Assembly (NCBI GenBank): GCA_963769885.1
Contig: CAVYNH010000007.1
Coordinates: forward strand, 448,001-512,000
From: Methanobacteriota archaeon
GTDB lineage: Archaea; Thermoplasmatota; E2; DHVEG-1
DNA length: 64,000 nucleotides
Direction: 5' to 3'
Every line of letters begins with the position of its first letter. The first letter of the stretch is position 1. Shown piece by piece: positions 60,750-64,000 of this stretch. The notes below the pieces were generated by a model. The model had not been told where the DNA came from. It was given only the letters and a program-made list of their open reading frames with translations, and searched no databases. Made by a program: the position numbers and the translations under genes.

Positions 60750-60877
60750 GCAGGGGTAGCCAAGCCTGGCCAACGGCGCAGGACTTAAGATCACAAGGGC
60801 TGAAACACAGCGGAAGGTTCGTTGGATGAGACATCCTGTCTCGCAGGAGTCCGAGGGTTCAAATCCCTTCCCCTGCA
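60750..60877 (+). tRNA. tRNA-Leu(TAA) with 43-nt intron (60790-60832) at position 37/38
   Basis: Acceptor GCAGGGG/CCCCTGC and anticodon TAA at 60786-60788. BHB motif: CTTA/TGAG helix with AGA and ACA bulges. Long variable arm. Confidence 0.95.
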
Positions 60878-60943
60878 CTCTTTCTTCCACAAGATAATTA
60901 TTAATACATGAAACAAGATTTATTGTTAGAGGGAGGAAGTAAA

Positions 60944-61813
60944 GTGCAGGAAAAACACAAAATCTTTGCAATACTTGCTACAACACTACTTCTCACAGTA
61001 TCGTGTTTGCCAACAATCTCTATGGCAACCCAAAACCACTCATCGGTCCAAGTGACCACTGAGGTATACGGTTTACAAAATGATAAACCGAAGACCGTCT
61101 CACTCACCGACGAACAATACCAGCAGTTCGAAGAGTACTGCACCAGCTTCCATACAAGACTCACACAGGCAACAACCCAAAAGGAAGTCACGCTCCTCTT
61201 CAAAGAAGCGGTCGGCGTCCTCCATAGCTACGACCTCCTCCCCGCAGGTATGACCCTCCCTCAGGCACAACGCATGGTTGAACGCCTTGCGCAAATCTCA
61301 CAACGACTAAACACTCGAGCAAACACCTACTACTCACAGACCGGCAACCACATCTGCCTCATTGCGGGGCACACCACGCAAACATGGTTTACCTCACCCC
61401 TTTATGCCTCCCTGTTAGTCCTCTTGTGGCTCATCCAAAAACACGACACTCTCGTCTTCCTCCTCTTTACCGCTATGATGATGGATGACCTCGTCGATCA
61501 ATTCATTCCCCTAGCTCCTTTCGATGCTATTAGTTTCGGTGAAGCATGGATGGATGGTTGGGAAGGACAATGGCACGACGCCTATTCCGAAGGCTGGGTC
61601 CATACCTTCGGATTTGGCGGCGCTCACGACTGGAACGGAACATTCAAAGGAGCGCTCACAATCGACATCCCCGGAGGCAGCCACCTCTACTCTGATCTCT
61701 ACCCAGGAGCCACCGGTTTTATCGGTATTAAAACCGAATCCCTGTACCGATCCTCCTTTTACCTCGGTCTTGCTCTCAACGTCCAACTTAACAATGTCAA
61801 TACTACACGCTGA
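60944..61813 (+). CDS. Secreted hypothetical protein (cassette 1 cargo)
   Basis: GGAGG precedes a GTG at 60944 (the ORF extends to 60908). Signal peptide and C-terminal GF.GI...FYLG.AL.V. Confidence 0.75.
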   Translation: MQEKHKIFAILATTLLLTVSCLPTISMATQNHSSVQVTTEVYGLQNDKPKTVSLTDEQYQQFEEYCTSFHTRLTQATTQKEVTLLFKEAVGVLHSYDLLPAGMTLPQAQRMVERLAQISQRLNTRANTYYSQTGNHICLIAGHTTQTWFTSPLYASLLVLLWLIQKHDTLVFLLFTAMMMDDLVDQFIPLAPFDAISFGEAWMDGWEGQWHDAYSEGWVHTFGFGGAHDWNGTFKGALTIDIPGGSHLYSDLYPGATGFIGIKTESLYRSSFYLGLALNVQLNNVNTTR

Positions 61814-61862
61814 AATCACAAAAAAAAACATGGCCTGTATTATTAACCTTACTTAGTTGATT

Positions 61863-61918
61863 GTCAATATTTGACGTACCGGTAAACTGGGGTTCAAATC
61901 CCTTCCCCTGCACTCTTT
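61863..61918 (+). repeat. att-like repeat 1: shared arm plus tRNA-Leu 3' end
   Basis: 61890-61918 is identical (29/29) to 60855-60883. Confidence 0.95.
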
Positions 61919-61981
61919 TTTACCTGAAAAAGGTTTAAATAACCAAGGGTAATCTATTTGCATATAGAGGGCGGGAAAGCA

Positions 61982-63127
61982 ATGATTGGAAATCCTATTG
62001 TTAGGAAACATTTGGCGGTTGGAATCATTCTCTTGTTTGTTGGGGCTTGTGTCGTTCCAGTGATTGCACAAGATCCTGAAAAACCACTACCGACATCAAG
62101 AGGCGATTGGGTATATGTTGGTGGGAGTGGACCTGGGAACTACTCAAAGATTCAGGATGCGATCAATAATTCTTCAAGTGGAGGCACCATTTACGTCTTT
62201 CATGGTACCTATCATGAGGCAATCACGATCACTGTTTGGAATCTGACGATAATCGGAGAAGGTAGAGACGTTACAATCATTGATGAGAACTGGACCGATG
62301 CCGCGGTGGTGATCGAAAAAAGTTGCGTGAGCCTCCGTGGGTTCACCATCACAGGGAAGAAGGACGGTATTTATGTTCATGGGGAATTAACCACCATAAC
62401 GGTTTCTGACAATAATTTTACACAAAATTACTGTGGCGTTGAGTTTCAATACGATTGGGATAACTATGATAATGTCATAGAGAACAATATTTTTTATTCA
62501 AATCACTGTGGGATTTATTTCGTAAGCGATCTCTGGTTCAATACCATTAGAAACAACTCATTCATCAATAATTTTGATGGTATGGAAATCAGTGGAAACA
62601 ATATCAGAGTACTGAATAACACATTTCTGAATTGTCAGGGGAGTGGCATTTCCCTTTATGGCGGACCATCGATGGTTGAAGGTAATATTTTTACTAAAAA
62701 TAACATGGGAGTATCTGGTGGTGGTCTGGAACAAACAATTTCTGGAAATCTATTTATTGAAAATGATATCGGTCTGAATCTTGGTGGCTCAGGACATACT
62801 ATCACTGGAAATGTCTTTGAGAATAATTCACTTGGCGTGAGAGTATCTGGTTCCAATACAAAGGTGAATCAAAACAATTTCATACAGAACGGCAAACACG
62901 CACAGTTTGCTGAAGAAAACCGATCGAATGGGAATAACTGGGACAACAATTATTGGAGCGATTCATTCCACTTTTTTGGTTACAAGTGCATTTTTGGGAA
63001 GATGCACACAAAAATACCAAGGCTTTTACAATTTGATCCATTCAGTACTACCTATTTTTGGATTGGATGGATCAACTTCGACAGGCATCCCGCACAAGAA
63101 CCCTATAGTATTCCAGAAATGAATTGA
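61982..63127 (+). CDS. Secreted NosD/CASH right-handed beta-helix protein (cassette 2 cargo)
   Basis: YVGGSGPGNYSKIQDAI, GTYHE, Asn-rich PbH1 repeats, NYWSD and FDRHPAQEPY. Confidence 0.85.
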   Translation: MIGNPIVRKHLAVGIILLFVGACVVPVIAQDPEKPLPTSRGDWVYVGGSGPGNYSKIQDAINNSSSGGTIYVFHGTYHEAITITVWNLTIIGEGRDVTIIDENWTDAAVVIEKSCVSLRGFTITGKKDGIYVHGELTTITVSDNNFTQNYCGVEFQYDWDNYDNVIENNIFYSNHCGIYFVSDLWFNTIRNNSFINNFDGMEISGNNIRVLNNTFLNCQGSGISLYGGPSMVEGNIFTKNNMGVSGGGLEQTISGNLFIENDIGLNLGGSGHTITGNVFENNSLGVRVSGSNTKVNQNNFIQNGKHAQFAEENRSNGNNWDNNYWSDSFHFFGYKCIFGKMHTKIPRLLQFDPFSTTYFWIGWINFDRHPAQEPYSIPEMN

Positions 63128-63140
63128 TTGATACTCATCC

Positions 63141-63190
63141 GTCAATCATCGTCGTGCCGTTAAACCAGGGTTCAAATCCCTTCCCTCTCA
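63141..63190 (+). repeat. att-like repeat 2
   Basis: GGGTTCAAATCCCTTCCC (18 nt identical to the tRNA), then diverged; the shared arm lies upstream. Confidence 0.9.
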
Positions 63191-63317
63191 TTTTTTTCCT
63201 GCGATGCATCCTGAGAACAGAAAACTTTAAATATGAAATGTTATATATACATAACATATTGTTATAGATAAATAATAAAATGTTATCACCAACACACATT
63301 GAAAAGAGGTGAAATGC

Positions 63318-63722
63318 ATGAAAGAAAAATTAGAAATGATCACGGGGCTGATAATAGTAATTGTCGTGTTCCTGACACTTCTCATCTATGCCATGAACAT
63401 CGGAATATTAGATATGGAAAAATTTGGATTATTTGTCATCGCCATTCTGCTAGTGTCGGCAGTCCTCTACATCCTCTGGGATCGAGCAAAAAACGTAAGA
63501 AAAGGACTGCCAGCGAAGGACGAACGGCTAATAAATATCACCTACAAGGCTGGACATAACGGATTTATCGCAGCAACACTCAGCAGCGTTTTCGCCCCAG
63601 TGCTCTCAAGCATTCTCCTCAATCGAGAACTCGAGGGCCACCATGTGACCAGCATCGTGGTTCTTGTTTCAGGCTTTGTCTTCATTGTATCATATTTGCT
63701 TCTGGCGAGGAGAGGGAAGTAG
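63318..63722 (+). CDS. DUF2178-like membrane protein (cassette 3 cargo)
   Basis: Four TM segments with a DER...I..KA motif, paired with an XRE HTH gene. Confidence 0.7.
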   Translation: MKEKLEMITGLIIVIVVFLTLLIYAMNIGILDMEKFGLFVIAILLVSAVLYILWDRAKNVRKGLPAKDERLINITYKAGHNGFIAATLSSVFAPVLSSILLNRELEGHHVTSIVVLVSGFVFIVSYLLLARRGK

Positions 63723-63725
63723 CCT

Positions 63726-63923
63726 ATGAAAACACGCATCAAGGAACTCCGGGCGCGATACGATCTCACCCAAGAGGACCTTGCGAAGAAAGTAGGAGTC
63801 CGACGAGAAACAATCCTCTTCATAGAGAAGGGAAACTACAATCCCTCACTCCAACTAGCCCACGATATCGCACAAGCCTTGCAGACAACCATCGATGACT
63901 TGTTTCTATTTGACGATAAATAA
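63726..63923 (+). CDS. XRE/Cro-family HTH transcriptional regulator
   Basis: [29 protein letters not shown]. Confidence 0.92.
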   Translation: MKTRIKELRARYDLTQEDLAKKVGVRRETILFIEKGNYNPSLQLAHDIAQALQTTIDDLFLFDDK

Positions 63924-63936
63924 GAGAAGCGCCATC

Positions 63937-63986
63937 GTCACCTCTTGTCATGCTGAAAATCTGGGGGTCAAATCCTTTTCCTTGAG
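63937..63986 (+). repeat. att-like repeat 3 (most degenerate)
   Basis: GGGGTCAAATCCTTTTCCTTG aligns ungapped to the tRNA T-arm/acceptor, with the shared arm upstream. Confidence 0.75.
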
Positions 63987-64000
63987 CTTATCTATTTTTT

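Noticed and set aside
60855-63986. CRISPR array interpretation of the recurring ~29-nt repeat
   Set aside because: The spacing is 0.8-1.3 kb with whole genes between repeats, the repeat is the tRNA 3' end, and no cas genes are present.

Overview
This window looks archaeal. Evidence: S3Ae, ABCE1, oapABC, AK6, and a tRNA intron with a bulge-helix-bulge motif. The cluster of gingipain-type C25 peptidases and other secreted proteins suggests a protein-degrading Thermoplasmatota lineage such as MBG-D/Thermoprofundales, which is an inference. Core genes include rps3ae, a CoA-disulfide reductase-like flavoprotein, mre11-rad50, oapABC, glyA, AK6, a CDP-alcohol transferase, hflX, ABCE1, a GGPP synthase, a CPA2 antiporter and an aminotransferase. 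The window also holds a TnpA-only IS200-like element, a ~21 kb tandem cluster of C25/M14 peptidases and cleaved-adhesin-like proteins, the RNase P RNA gene, tRNA-Gly(TCC) and intron-containing tRNA-Leu(TAA). The most striking signal lies downstream of tRNA-Leu: a polarised array of three ~0.8-1.3 kb cassettes with unrelated cargo. Each cassette ends in a copy of the tRNA 3' end preceded by a shared non-tRNA arm, and the copies decay with distance from the tRNA. No integrase is present in the window, so this resembles an integron-like gene-capture array anchored on a tRNA. The RNase P RNA 3' end is also duplicated around one AT-rich gene. Other signals are kb-scale C/A versus G/T strand-skew blocks independent of gene direction, and a shared C-terminal domain on the secreted proteases. 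All family assignments come from motif recognition, not database searches.
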